Shown: positions 27,201-39,627 of the stretch, piece after piece
How the letters are laid out: every line of letters starts with the position of its first letter
Position numbering within the stretch: position 1 is the stretch's first letter
Source of the DNA: Eukaryota sp. GEM-RC1
Taxonomy: Eukaryota
Reading direction: 5' to 3'
DNA length: 64,000 nt
Assembly: GCA_040285855.1 (NCBI GenBank)
Contig: JAUFOQ010000017.1
Span: 124,001-188,000 of the forward strand
Position numbers and translations under genes: made by a program
The notes under the pieces: model-generated
What the model saw: only the letters and a program-made list of their open reading frames with translations
Database searches by the model: none
What the model was told of the DNA's origin: nothing

Positions 27201-30200
27201 GACAAATCATTTTTGATTGAAGACAAAACACCATCAAGATTGGACTGTAGAGAGTTCAGTTCTTCATATTGTTGAGCGCCTATTGATTTCAAATTTAAAT
27301 TTTCACTCTGTACTTCTGATAACGTTGAATTTAAATTATTAAATTGTTGATCTAAATTCAATAACTGGGAGTCCCTTTCAGTTAATTCTTCAGACAATTG
27401 ATGATTAGTAGTAGACAATTTGGAACAATTTTCTTGCAATTCAGAAATAAGAGTCTTGGCTTCAGATAATTCAGTTTCTCTTTTTGTCAGAGTTAAATTC
27501 AACACATCATTATCTTCAATTAAAGAGTAAATTTGATCTTGCAATTTAGTCTGAGCTTCTTCCTTTCCATAAGAGTTTGGTTCTGAACTGATTTTAATCT
27601 GTCAACTTCATTATTAGTCAATGACAAATCACTGGAAATTCTAGAATTCTCTGTTTTCAATTGTTCTAGAGTCGCTTCTAATTCCACACAAGTAGTGGAA
27701 ATATTTGAATATTTCTCATCCAGATCAGCATTACTATTTGACAACATTACCAACAGATTCTTCAAATTAGAAACAACCAAACTTACATCAGAAAGCTCAT
27801 TAACTTGGAATTCAGAAAGTTCATTGCGAAGTAAATCCGAGGACAAATCAGACAAATCATTTTTGATTGAAGACAAAACACCATCAAGATTGGACTGTAG
27901 AGAGTTCAGTTCTTCATATTGTTGAGCGCCTATTGATTTCAAATTTAAATTTTCACTCTGTACTTCTGATAACGTTGAATTTAAATTATTAAATTGTTGA
28001 TCTAAATTCAATAACTGGGAATCCTTTTCAGTTAATTCTTCAGACAATTGGTGATTAGTGGTAGACAATTTGGAACAATTTTCTTGTAATTCAGAAATAA
28101 GAGTCTTGGCTTCAGATAATTCAGTTTCTCTTTTTGTCAGATTTACATTCAACACATCATTACCTTCAATTAAAGAGGAAATTTGGTCTTGCAATTTAGT
28201 CTGAGCTTCTTCCTTTCCATAAGAGTTTGGTTCTGAACTGATTTTAATCTGTCAACTTCATTATTAGTCAATGACAAATCACTGGAAATTCGAGAATTCT
28301 CTGTTTTCAATTGTTGTAAAGTGGCTTCTAATTTCACACAAGTAGTGGAAATATTTGAATATTTCTTATCCAGATCAGCATTACTATTTGACAACATTAC
28401 CAACAGATTCTTCAAATTAGAAACAACCAAACTTACATCAGAAAGCTCATTAACTTGGAAATCAAAAGTTCATTACGAAGTAAATCCGAGGACAAATCAG
28501 ACAAATCATTTTTGATTGAAGACAAAACACCATCAAGATTGGACTGTAGACAGTTCAGTTCTTCATATTGTTGAGCACCTATTGATTTCAAATTTAAATT
28601 GTCACTCTGTACTTCTGATAACGTTGAATTTAAATTATTAAATTGTTGATCTAAATTCAATAACTGGGAGCCCTTTTCAGTTAATTCTTCAGACAATTGG
28701 TGATTAGTGGTAGACAATTTGGAACAATTTTCTTGTAATTCAGAAATAAGAGTATTGGCTTCAGATAATTCAGTTTCTCTTTTGTCAGTTTTAAATTCAA
28801 CACATCATTATCTTCAATTAAAGAGGAAATTTGATCTAGCAATTTAGTCTGACGATCTTTGGAACTAGATTCAAGTTCGGTAAGGGTCGATGTCAATTCA
28901 GTTACTCTGTTATTTAAATCTGAAACTAAAGTTTTAAGACCAGTATTCTCATTTAAAGTAGTATCAAATTGTGAAGAAAGACTAGAAATAGTTTGATCTT
29001 TGGTCAATATCTGCTGATTTAAAGTGGAGAAGTTTGTTTTAATTTGATCATGAAATTCGTTCATTGAAAACTGCAAATATTCAAACTCATCAGAGTTGTT
29101 TGTTTGAAATTCAGAACAAGAAATATTTAAACTTTTGCCCAAGTTTTGAACTTTTTTAATTAGTACATCAAAGTTTTGCTTCAAATTTTTCAAACGTTTT
29201 GAAGAATAAAACAAATCTAGTTGACACAAATTGAAAAGCTCACTGAATTTCTGTCTAGAGCGTTGTTCAGTGAAGAATATAGTCAGTAAATCATCATATT
29301 TATCAGTCAATTTTAAATATTCAGTAGATTTCAGTGACAACTCATCATTCAGACCAGCAAGACTAGCCTCCGCTGCGGCAGCAGTTCTTTCTGCAACAGA
29401 TTTATCAGTTTCAAGTTTGCCCAATGCAGTATTAGCGTTGTTTAATTGAGTTAAAATACTCTCAATTTCAATTGGTAAATCAGAAATTGAATCAGTAGAG
29501 AGCAAGGAAAGTAGATTAGAGAGGAGCTCAGTTTCTGATTGAAGAGCGGAATATTTAGAAATTTCTTCTAAAAGTTCAGAATCTTCTCCGCCCATTTGAA
29601 TTTTCAGAATTTTGCAAATTTTCTTCAACATTTGTTCAGAGTTTTTACTTTTAATTTCATTTAATTCTGTAGATAAACGAAGATTTTCTTTTCCAATTGG
29701 GACATTTTCTCAAAAACCTCATCATTAACAGATTGAAACCGTATCGGGAAATCGGGAGGAGTCATGAACTCTGGCGTTGAATTAAGAGACAAATGACGTG
29801 ACGATAAAGCCATAGGGGTCCCAAATTGATTGAAGTCATCAACACTTGCCTTTTTTGACGAATCTCTCATAATTTGATCAAAATGTTCATCAGATTTCCT
29901 TGAGAACTTAAGAAACTCATTTCTATCTTTTGGGTTATTCCAACAACTTATAAATCCATCAAAACTAGAAATCCAAATGGTAGATTCTTGACAAGTAATG
30001 GAAGTTACTTTACCAGAATGACCACCAATTTTATAACACAATGGATTTAAAAGATCTGAAATATTTGAAAAATCCCAGACAACCAGATTTCCTTTATCAT
30101 CGCCACTCCATAAAGTTGAACCTGAAGCCATCATAGCAGTTACGTGGTGATTATGATTTTTGACCTCACTCAATAAATCCCCAGTAGAAACGTCATAAAT

Positions 30201-30904
30201 CCTAATCAAACCATTCATTGTACCAACAACTAACAAAGGTGTATAGCCATTGTCAAGAATAGTAATAACGGAAGGGACTTCATCAACTTGCAATTCCCCA
30301 CCGATAGACCTGGTGACTTTAAATGACTCATCAATTTGAAACTTAACTATTGACTTATTAATAACAATGAAAAGTAATTCTGAAAAGCAGTAAAGATTCT
30401 AACAGGATCATCAAATGAGCTTATATCAGAGAGGAAAGTTCCTTCAGTCCTATTGTAAAGTCTAACGTGACCATTGGCAGTAATCACGAAAACACCAAGA
30501 GTAGGCGAATCAAATACAGAGGTAATAGAATGAGAAAAGGAAGAGATACGTTTAACAAGAGAGAAATCGGTTGAGTTGTAGATGATGAGCTCCTTGTTAG
30601 AAGTACCACACCAGATAGTAGAAGGAGAGTTGGTCAAAGTGACACCTGTTAAAGATGTAGGTCTTGATTCGAAGGGAATCGAATGAGCTTGGAGAAGAGA
30701 TTTAGCATCAAGAATGCGTATACAACGGTCACTACATAAGAGGAGAAGGTGGTCAGAAGTGGTAGATAAGGATCGAATTCGTGGAGACTGAGTATTCCCA
30801 AATAATGAATTGTCAGGAGCAAACGAGATTAAGTCTGTAAAGGAGAAGTTAGACTTTATTTGAAGCCACACAGCTGGAAGAGAAGACACCTTGGCAATAG
30901 ACAT
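18237..30904 (-). CDS. Giant WD40-repeat plus long coiled-coil protein, copy B (about 4,200 aa once frameshifts are repaired)
   Basis: Colinear, highly similar paralog of 1681-9160 from MSIAKVSSLPAVWLQ (ATG 30904) to SNFNDGLTSL* (18237); broken into many ORFs by one-base shifts, mostly at homopolymers. Confidence 0.8.
20385..28836 (-). repeat. Coding tandem repeat, 13 units of about 651 bp (two units carry a 6-nt in-frame deletion)
   Basis: Marker GAAATTTGATC (or a one-base variant) at about 20385, 21036, 21688, 22339, 22989, 23639, 24289, 24939, 25583, 26227, 26877, 27527, 28177 and 28826; two units read NLNLIGAQQ instead of NLNLKSIGAQQ. Confidence 0.93.
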
Positions 30905-31029
30905 ATCAATGTACAAGTTGCGACTATGTACATTGAATTTTGTAAAGAATTCTTTTGTATCTTAAAAATACATAAAATCTAAAGACGTAAACAAAGTTAA
31001 CAACACTATTCCATGACATGATCTTGAAC

Positions 31030-31580
31030 CCCAAAGAGTTTCTTCAAAATTCCGTCGAAATACTGGAAACATTGAACGAAATATAGAAAAGACAAAACGA
31101 TCCCTCCAAATAACATTCTTGCCAAATTCGTTTCACAATTGATTAAAAGATGACAAAATCATTTGAGCTGGAGAACCCAAATTCCCATAAATGGAAATAA
31201 CGAATGGTTGAAACACCAAAGCATTGTGTCTTTGTGAATTCAATTTAGAAATATAATCACAAAAATGAAGAAATTTCTTATCTTCAGCATTATCCAAAGG
31301 TGAAAATTGATGATCCAATATTTTACTACAAACAGCATCATTACATGGATCCACAGTGGTGAAATCCAAAACTACTTCTTTACAATTTAACCATAAACCA
31401 ATTAAATCACCACGACTCTTACTGCGAATGAAAGAATCAGAAAATGCCGACAATAGAGGTTCAATTTTACTGTGAAATCGGTTTGAATTATATTCAGAAA
31501 GACATTGATCGCGAATACTGTTATAAAGAACAAAACTAATTCCGAATAAGATCTGAATAAGATTACGTAGCACGGCAGAA
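31030..31580 (-). mobile_element. 3' fragment of an RLE-type non-LTR retrotransposon (restriction-like endonuclease domain)
   Basis: SRGDLIG...VVLDFTTVDPC...AEDKK...FQPFVISIYGNLG...WRDRFVFSIF; similar to the endonuclease region of the element at 61.4-62 kb. Confidence 0.7.
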
Positions 31581-32505
31581 TACGTACGAAATTACCGGGA
31601 CGATCGATACTACTACTAAGGACAAAAGTTCACTTCTAGGACATACATGAACACTTTATATATTCACATTTGTAATATTGTGTAGTTGTAGTACAGTAGA
31701 ATGTTTCACATTCAAACTACTTGTTGTACCCATGTGAATTTTCTTTGCACGGCTTTTCACGTGAATCACCAACACTGTCGATTGAGAAGCATTGTGAAAC
31801 TTGTAAGAGAACAAATTGTTTAGATCTTTTGATTTCATCATTTGGAAAAATAGAAATGTCAATACATGTATGGTTACTTCGGTTATCAGTGCTATGTTAT
31901 CTCTAGGAAGGCTTTATGAAGATGACTAGAATGTAGTTTACAATTTCATGAAATTCGCACTTTCAGGGTATTGAGGATTACAAGCATTTAGTGATTATAT
32001 GTATGTTTGTTGTTCCACTATTGTTGTCGAGATCACTACGCAGTACTAATACAGCATTACGTGTAAATACGATAGTACTAAACCGTTCGTATGCCAAACT
32101 ATGATTTCGACTCATTACAATACAACACTCTCTATAATATCCATGTCCGTACTTTGTATCTCCTTACACGCCCTAGTTGATGGTAGTTGACGTTGCAATA
32201 TGGTAAAATGACGTAGACGACGGTTTTCTTTATTTGACGTGTTATATTGTAGTTATTAGTTGTGCTGTGAAAGAAATTACAGAATTGAATTAAAAAGATA
32301 GGTTCCATTGTTGTTGTGTAACAGTGTTCAATACCAAAAAAACAACAAGAATTGCCAACATATTAGAGTAAAATCAAATAAAAATTTCAATTTAAACTTC
32401 TCGATACCGTTTTAAATAGCCCAACCCAACAAATATAAGTGAAGAAATTAAAAAATGTATTATTCCAATTCCTTGCCATAAAAAACTAAATAAAAAACTA
32501 ACTAA

Positions 32506-33409
32506 CTAATCAGAGCTTTCCTCGTCTGTAACTAGATCATCAGAATCACTCTCAGGCTTCTTAAACGCATCATCAAGCTCTCCCACTGGTACAACACGGT
32601 CAGGCTTGAGCTTGTCCACCTTTTCTCTATGTTCAACCTTATTCTTATACTTCAGGTTGTACTCCCGCTTAGCTCTGGCTCTGAGCTGAGTAGGAGTGAC
32701 GAAGGAATCGTTCTTGTACATTGTAGCACCTGAGAACTCACCTTCAAAGATTCTAATAGGATTTAGCACCATACGGGGTCCAATCTCTACCAGTTCAAGG
32801 TCTGATCGTATGGAATCGTCACCTTCTTCAGCAGCAACAGCGGCTACTTCTGAAGCGGTAATGGCATCAACAGTGAGTGTTTTGTCAACCATTTGATAGT
32901 TTCGGAACCAGATCTTGTTATCAACAATGGAAAAGGAAAGAAGATGGTCGATAAAAGGTTTGGTTTTGTGATGAGACTTTGGGGATCGGAAGAAGTGGGT
33001 GAACATTTGTTTTAGAAGCCTCCACTGAGGTTCGGTATCAAAGGCTCCATCGAAATGTAGGATTGGTCGAGAATATAAAAGAGAGTTTCCTGTAAGTTTA
33101 AGCTCATCCATAGTATGAACTGATATTAGAGAGAAAGGTGTACGTACCGTTGAGTACATGGAATTTAACAGAAGGACCATCGAGAAGAGACATCCATAGA
33201 TAACAATCCTGTTTCTTTCTCACTTCGAAGAAAAGTGAGCCAGTGCAGTTCCGAGATTCAGCTATTTCAGATATATTTGTAAAAGGTTGTTTCTTGTCAA
33301 GTTTGGCTTCAGATTTGTGATGGGGTAGCAACTTCATCAAGTCTTGCATTAAATGGCGATAACGGGAGGTCATCCCCCGAGATCCTAGGACAAGTACTCT
33401 GTTGTTCAT
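32506..33409 (-). CDS. BRX1: Ribosome biogenesis protein Brix/BRX1; one intron
   Basis: MNNRVLVLGSRG..RYRHLMQDL..LLPH, GPSVKFHVLN|VHTMDELKLTGN, IWFRNYQ, LVEIGPRMVLNPIRIFEGEFSGATMY; 28-nt GT-AG intron at 33120-33147 restores the frame. Confidence 0.95.
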
Positions 33410-33715
33410 TACAAAGTGATGTGATGGGAATTGGAAACAAAATATTTCCACACAAGAGTTTTCCAACAAACACCATCACATTGGTTTCAATGATGATTAT
33501 ATTGCTTTCCCCTAATATCTTTGTTAATTGGTAACATTTTTATGTAAAAGACTTTCAGTAAATGTGATCTACTTTATAACCTGTAAAACAGAAGGACAAT
33601 AGAATTTAAAATGTTTACAGTAGATTTGTGTCTGGGAATCTCAATCTGAGACTCGGACTGAGAGGTTTGTTCAGAATAATTGTTCATGTTCTTGAATTAA
33701 TTCTGAACCTCTAAA

Positions 33716-34270
33716 ATGAGCTTCTGGGTTGAAGGCGACGACGACACCAACACAAACAGACAAACTCCTACACAACAACCACCCCAAGCAGTCCCAAATG
33801 CATCTCCCCAAAACCACAATTCTTTTGACGAGGGCTACCAACTTGGTGTTCGTCTAGCTGAGGTTATTCAACAAGGAACTGACCCTCTTACCGTCTTCTC
33901 CACTGAGGAACTCACTAAGATTAGAATAAGTCTTCAGGAAGCCAATATTCCGATACCAGATACTGCTTCTCCTCAAGAAATGTTTGAAGCTCTCGCAGGT
34001 ATAGCAATGGACATGGTAGAGTCTAGTTCTTTGACTTTCTGGAAACGAGCATGTGCTCTTATGGCGGATTTCACTTCTGAGGAGTCAGATAATGCCAATC
34101 TCACTACTTATAACAAACAACTCGATCTCATTAAGCAAATCGTATCTGGTTTTGAAAATAAGGATGACCAACAAATAGTTGATTCGTTGATAAATGAACT
34201 CTCTCAATTAGGAGAATTGCCCGAGAAGGTGGTTGAAATGTTGTGTGCTGAACTGTCTCCACTTGGATGA
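33716..34270 (+). CDS. PEX19-like protein (C-terminal helical bundle), no CaaX box
   Basis: C-terminus YNKQLDLIKQIVSGFE..IVDSLINELSQLGELPEKVV resembles the Pex19 pattern Y..Q..II..I...FE...I..LM..MQ..G.PP.E; acidic/Q-P-rich N-terminus. Confidence 0.55.
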   Translation: MSFWVEGDDDTNTNRQTPTQQPPQAVPNASPQNHNSFDEGYQLGVRLAEVIQQGTDPLTVFSTEELTKIRISLQEANIPIPDTASPQEMFEALAGIAMDMVESSSLTFWKRACALMADFTSEESDNANLTTYNKQLDLIKQIVSGFENKDDQQIVDSLINELSQLGELPEKVVEMLCAELSPLG

Positions 34271-34559
34271 GTTTATCCACTCTATGTACATTAGTTTTCT
34301 TTGATTGGTAATTATCTCTGCCAGTGAATTTGTTCTCTATTATTGTTTTGTCTATTTGGAAACTCTGTTTCTTTTTTGATTCTTGGAGTGTCCCACCTTT
34401 ATGTATGTGTTTATAAACAGGGTTTCTGTTTTAGTATGTACTAGTAAGACGGCATATTGACTTGGCAAATACAGCCACCCCCATCGATAATTGGATTTTC
34501 AAATATACAGTAAATCAAAATTGACAACTTTTTTGCAACAATAGATTAATACATTCTTA

Positions 34560-34940
34560 TTCAGACATGTTAAAAAAGAAGCTAAATTCTCTATATCAAC
34601 ACGATATATGCTTCTATACAACTTGGAATTGATGGCTTCTTAGGAATGCTTCTGTAAAGCGCAAACATAATCCATACAGAACCATTAAAGAACTTGCCGC
34701 TAGCTGGTCCAATTTTTCCAAGAATTGCAAATAGAACAAATGAAAATTTTGAATATATATTTTCATTGAGTTGCTTCAAAGTATCAGCATAATTAAAACG
34801 CTTACGGTGTTCAGCCTTTTCAAGATGACCATTAGAAACGAGTCTTTGTAGATTGAAGAACAAAATTAAAACTACGTTGTGCATTAATTGATGTTTGGTC
34901 AGTGTAACTAGAAGTACTTGAAAAGTGACACTCAACAATC
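34560..34940 (-). mobile_element. Degenerate 3' fragment of an RLE-type non-LTR retrotransposon
   Basis: LEKAEHRKRFNY..LN..YSKFSFVLFAILGKIGPA matches the AE.K...Y...P F.S..G.LG tail of the other RLE fragments. Confidence 0.5.
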
Positions 34941-35327
34941 AGGACAAAAAGGAAAACATACATTTTGACGCATTAATTGATATAATCGACTGTAATTAAA
35001 ACAGTAAGACTGCTAATACTAATACTAATACATGCATACAAATGTACTTGTCAATAGTTCTTCTTGTTTTGCAATCAGCAACTTCACTGGTTGTTAAAAG
35101 ACAAGCAATTCATGAGGCTTGCCTTTGAGAAAGTAGGAGTCGCTGATGGGTTGTGTGTAAAGGTATGCAAATACTGACTGAGCACTAAAATCAGTTGAAG
35201 AATAGAACTAACACTAACACTTACACCTTCATGGTTTACTGTAGCCTCTCTTTTTAAGAGATAATATTCAGTATCAATGATTGCTAAATCTCTTTGTAAA
35301 ATCTGAACTGTAAACTATACCCCATCT

Positions 35328-35993
35328 TTGGTTTTGGTAGACGCTCTGTTACAGTTATTCTCCTGTTCGATGATGCAGATAGTAGGCTTGTTGTACGATT
35401 TGTTTATGCTGTATTTTGAAAAGAGACATGGGCGCCACCTCCGTCGAATTCTCTGTCACAACGTTAGTGGAAAGATTCTTGACGTTGGAAGTGGTACTGG
35501 TGCAAATCTGAGGTTCATCAAAGAATCAACTCGATCGATGATTGACAAAACGGAATTAACACTGGTAGATCCGAACAAGAACTTCAACATGAGAGCAAAA
35601 CAGAAGGCGCAAAAACTAGGTCTCAATGTCAATATCGAAGCAGTTCCTTTTGAAGACTTTGATACTGATGATCGATATGACTATGTTTTATCTTCACTGA
35701 CAATGTGCTCCTGCAAAGATCTCCAACTGTACACTCAAAATGCAATGAAACTCCTGAAACCTGGAGGGGAGTTTAGGTTCATGGAACACACTTACTCTGA
35801 GAACAGATATCTAAGGAAAGGACAACAAATAATTGACAAGATCATAGTCCATGTCTTCAGAGAACATCCCCATCTAACACGACCAATTATTGAAACTATT
35901 CAGTCATTTGATTGGAATTGTGAACTAGTCTCTTCAAGAACAATAGTTTTTCCTATATGTAGAGTTGTTCTAGGAGTTTGTAAACAGAAATAG
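35328..35993 (+). CDS. Class I SAM-dependent methyltransferase (METTL7/UbiE-like)
   Basis: ILDVGSGTGAN (motif I), LVDPN, YDYVLSSLTMCS, LLKPGGEFRFMEH, HLTRPI. The start is uncertain (possibly ATG 35277 plus a short intron). Confidence 0.88.
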   Translation: MVLVDALLQLFSCSMMQIVGLLYDLFMLYFEKRHGRHLRRILCHNVSGKILDVGSGTGANLRFIKESTRSMIDKTELTLVDPNKNFNMRAKQKAQKLGLNVNIEAVPFEDFDTDDRYDYVLSSLTMCSCKDLQLYTQNAMKLLKPGGEFRFMEHTYSENRYLRKGQQIIDKIIVHVFREHPHLTRPIIETIQSFDWNCELVSSRTIVFPICRVVLGVCKQK

Positions 35994-36264
35994 AGTGTAT
36001 AATTTCTCCTGGTGCTTGAAATTAAATTGTATGAATCAGAAAATTCAATTTTGATGTTGATTCGAGTCAAACTCATGAGTTTCGCAGGAATTGCACCCTA
36101 TAGAGAGAGTTGACTAAAATTGCAACACTAGGTGAGACTTTCAAACCGTTTTTCAAGAGTTAAGATTTTAGTTCATTGTTAAAAAATAATTAGTCGATCC
36201 AATTTTATCACATAAACCACAGAATTAAAGTTCAAACAAAGACAACAACAGTATTTATCAGACC

Positions 36265-38440
36265 TTAAGCCCTACTTCTAGAGGATTGGGCTATCAATCC
36301 CTGCTTATAAGCAAAGATAAGATCCACCAACTTGTCTCTTCTTTTAGACAGCTCTGATCCCTTATCAGTATCAGCAACTCTCTTCCTTTGATTATGTAGC
36401 TCAATCACTTGCAAATCACTCACCATTAAAGAAGAATCATTAATACAGGTCTCCCGCCCAGCAAAAGGACGATGACTTGACAAAAGAGTCCATGTGATGA
36501 TTCTACTAGAGTAAACCCACTTATTCCAGTTGTTTTCCAGTAAGCACTGGAGAAACCACCATCAATCACTAACAAGTGACCATCAGCTTTAACTGGAACT
36601 TCCCCTTTAGGCATTTTAACTGGAGTATGTCCCTGAATGATCTTCGCATCCTCCCCTTCAACCCCAAACTCCTTCAACCACTTCATTACCATCTCTTTAG
36701 ACTCACGAAGAGAAAAGAACTCAGCATTCTGCTCTTTCTTGGCTTCCTTGTCCGCAACAAAGTAAGATTCAAAGGTCTTCATTGCAGTACGTTGAAACAA
36801 AGGAGATTCAGGATGAGACCACAGCCAAAAGAGAAGGTCACGTGATGATGATTGCCCCTGCTTACGAATCTCTTCAACAGCAGTATAGCTACGTTCTCTA
36901 GTAGTTGCAGGTAGAATACCAGTCACATCCGAAGCGATACTAAAGGAATCAACAAAGTAGAAAGCTTCCCTAGTCTTCCGATCTAAATAATCAAAGAGCT
37001 CTTTCCCCTTTAGACTTCGATGCTCATCAACTTGGACAGACACCACGTCCCCGTTTTGATCAACGGGGATTCCTGCGTGCAAGAGAAGTTTATCGTCATG
37101 GATCTTGTAGAGCCCACCGTTATTGATTAAAAAGTTAACGTGTTTTTGAAGTGTTTGAGAGTCTAAAAATGACTCTCTAAAGTGCTTCACCAAATTAACT
37201 TCACCATCGGTAAGTTCATAAGGATTTTGTGAGTCGAAATCAATCGTGGGAAAGTAATTATCAAGCATTTCATATTCTTGATCATCCTCCAACGTAACAA
37301 ATAGCTTCCCATCATCACCCTGACGAATTCTATGCAGAAAGTTTCTGCAATCAAAATTCCAATAAGGCCTCCGTTCGGTATACTTTTTCTCAAGTTTAAA
37401 CTGAATAATAGCCATTGCTTTCTGCATTCTAGCTAACTGTACAGCTTCTCCAGGATCTTCAATCTCTTTGTTTGGCTTAAATCGCTCAGCAGGATCATCC
37501 TTGTAAACAAGATCAACAAATCTAATCAAAGGAGTTAGAGAAATGCCATATCCAGCTTCAAGAGTGTGTAAGTTGTCATAACGAACCGAGATCCGAAGAA
37601 TTGAAGCAATACAAACATCAGATCCAAGAGCACCACCCATCCATAACGCTTTGGTAAGACTTATACAAGACAATCATACCATCATGATTACCCCAAATGA
37701 ACTCTACTGAATCTAAGCTCATTAATAGATCAACACAGCGTTCAGCATAGTTACCTCTATCGTATATATCCCCCAATACATAAACCTTGTTAATGATGAG
37801 TCGTTGAATGGAATGACAAAGGGCTTTAACTAGATCAGCAGCAGCTCCGATATCAATGATCCCCTGGAGAATCTCTTTATAGTAGTCTTTCTTAGATTCT
37901 TCTTCTTCTTGAGGGGAAAGAAGCTCATTGATGACGTAGCTGAACTGAGATGGTAAAGCCTTTGTCACTTTGGATCGAGTGTACTTAGCAGAAACTCTAC
38001 GACAGAGTTGAACTAGGCGATATAAGGTGGATAGGTAAAAGTCATTCTCATCAAGAGCAGACTTAACATGTTGGCGGAGCATTAGAGGAAGCTTTTCATT
38101 AGGATAGCATATAAGAGTGCTGAGCTCGTTCTTTTGTTGGGTGGTTATATGAAAAGTGAAACATTGTTCGATCTTTCTTCTCAAGTTACCAGATGCAGAG
38201 CGAATAACATGTTCCACTGATTCATAGGCTCCATGCTTCAATGAGAAAGTGACTTGGCAAACAAACAAGATCAGATAGAAACTGACAGGAAGGGGTGGGA
38301 AGATTCAGTATGGCATTGAGATTAACTGCTTCTGTGAGTGCAGATTCCATAGTCGGGAATTGCTTGCTGAGAGTTTCAAGAACTTCACGGTCATAACCAT
38401 GGGGAGACAGTATCCCAGAGAAAGTACGTTCAAGAGACAT
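36265..38440 (-). CDS. fbp: Fructose-1,6-bisphosphatase class III (Firmicute-type), two introns
   Basis: NLP..QFLSDL|HGAYE..EHVIRSASG, LGDIYDRG, WGNHD|ALWMG, RYDNL.TLE.GYGI, HAGIP, GHTPVK..GE.PVKADG.LLVIDGGFS.AY..TGISGFTL; 31-nt introns at 38236-38266 and 37649-37679; one T-run frameshift near 36480. Confidence 0.92.
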
Positions 38441-39551
38441 GTCTGAAAAGATATATTCAAAAATCGGTAGGGGACAAAAAAAGGGACTTGTCATTGACAA
38501 GTCCTCATTGACAATGTCCATCGAGCACTGGAATTTTCCAGAGAAGTCAAAATTGTGAAGGAAGATTATTTCGGATTCTTACTCGATCTTCCATATTAGA
38601 TTTACAGAATCTACATGTACATGTACTTGCAGTAGTAATTGCGGTAAGAACAGTCGTAAAAATTAGCCCATTTAGAATGGTGTTGATGGATGGTTTGGGA
38701 ATATTGTTCTTCAATTTTAGGGAGGCAATTTTTCTGTAATATATTACAGTCATCAATAACATTGTAGAAAGTCATCTCCAAAGAATTGTGGTAAAAAAAT
38801 CATGAATGATTTTTTACATATACTATAATCTGTTTAAAAAGTTCTGTTTACGCACATGGTTTAACCCAAATACTAAATATGTGTCCCAATGAATTGCCAC
38901 TACAAAGTCCTAAAACAAGCATAGTAGAAGGTATGCTTGTATTGTTTCGCTTAATATACTCTCAGTTTTTTTTGTAAAAAAGCATTGGTCTCTTTATATA
39001 CAACCGTAGAGAACTATATTAGAATTTTTGATTTCATTTCATTTATTACTTGTACGAAAGCCCTTAGCCATCATAATTGTTAATTGGACTGGAACATTTG
39101 ATGGACAAGTCTACAACGCAAGCATCACTATAGTTCTAGGCAAGGCTGTGAAAAAATATAAACATTTAAATAACGACAATAAAGTATTGCAAAAATAATT
39201 TATTTTCTCAGGTAACATGCGGCAATTATTGATTTTGCTAGTTGAAATACGGCAATCATTTATTGCTGATCTAGAAATTATTGAAATTAATGGTACTGAT
39301 CTGTGTGTATTTTGTTTTAAACATTAGTTTAATTACTAATTTACCATAAGTATAGATACCGTAAATTTATTAGTGGATAAAGTGAAGTTAACTGCAAAAT
39401 CACCGAATCAGTTTTTTCTCCTCCACTTCATCAATGAAAGAAGTTGCCTTGTTTTTCTTCCGGAAAACTGAACAACAACCTTCTAATCTTCCTGAGGGTA
39501 AAGTCTCTTACACTTGTCAGAGATGCCCAATATAAGTGTGTCTATTCTTTA

Positions 39552-39627
39552 TGTTAGTACTGGTACAGTACCCTTAAAATAAATTTACTTTTACCTTTCC
39601 ACATGTCCTCTAGATACCTAGACAACA
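39552..39627 (+). repeat. 5' LTR (76 bp)
   Basis: TGTTAGTAC...TAGACAACA; differs from 42896-42971 at 5 of 76 positions. Confidence 0.92.

Noticed and set aside
20385..28836. Regular repeat array as a possible CRISPR-like or cassette system
   Set aside because: Units are contiguous 651-bp coding repeats with no unique spacers.
3136..29449. Many 60-100 aa ORFs antisense to the coiled-coil genes (MEIFEYF..., MKSSLNF...)
   Set aside because: Shadow frames of the repeated coding strand; they recur only because the repeat recurs.
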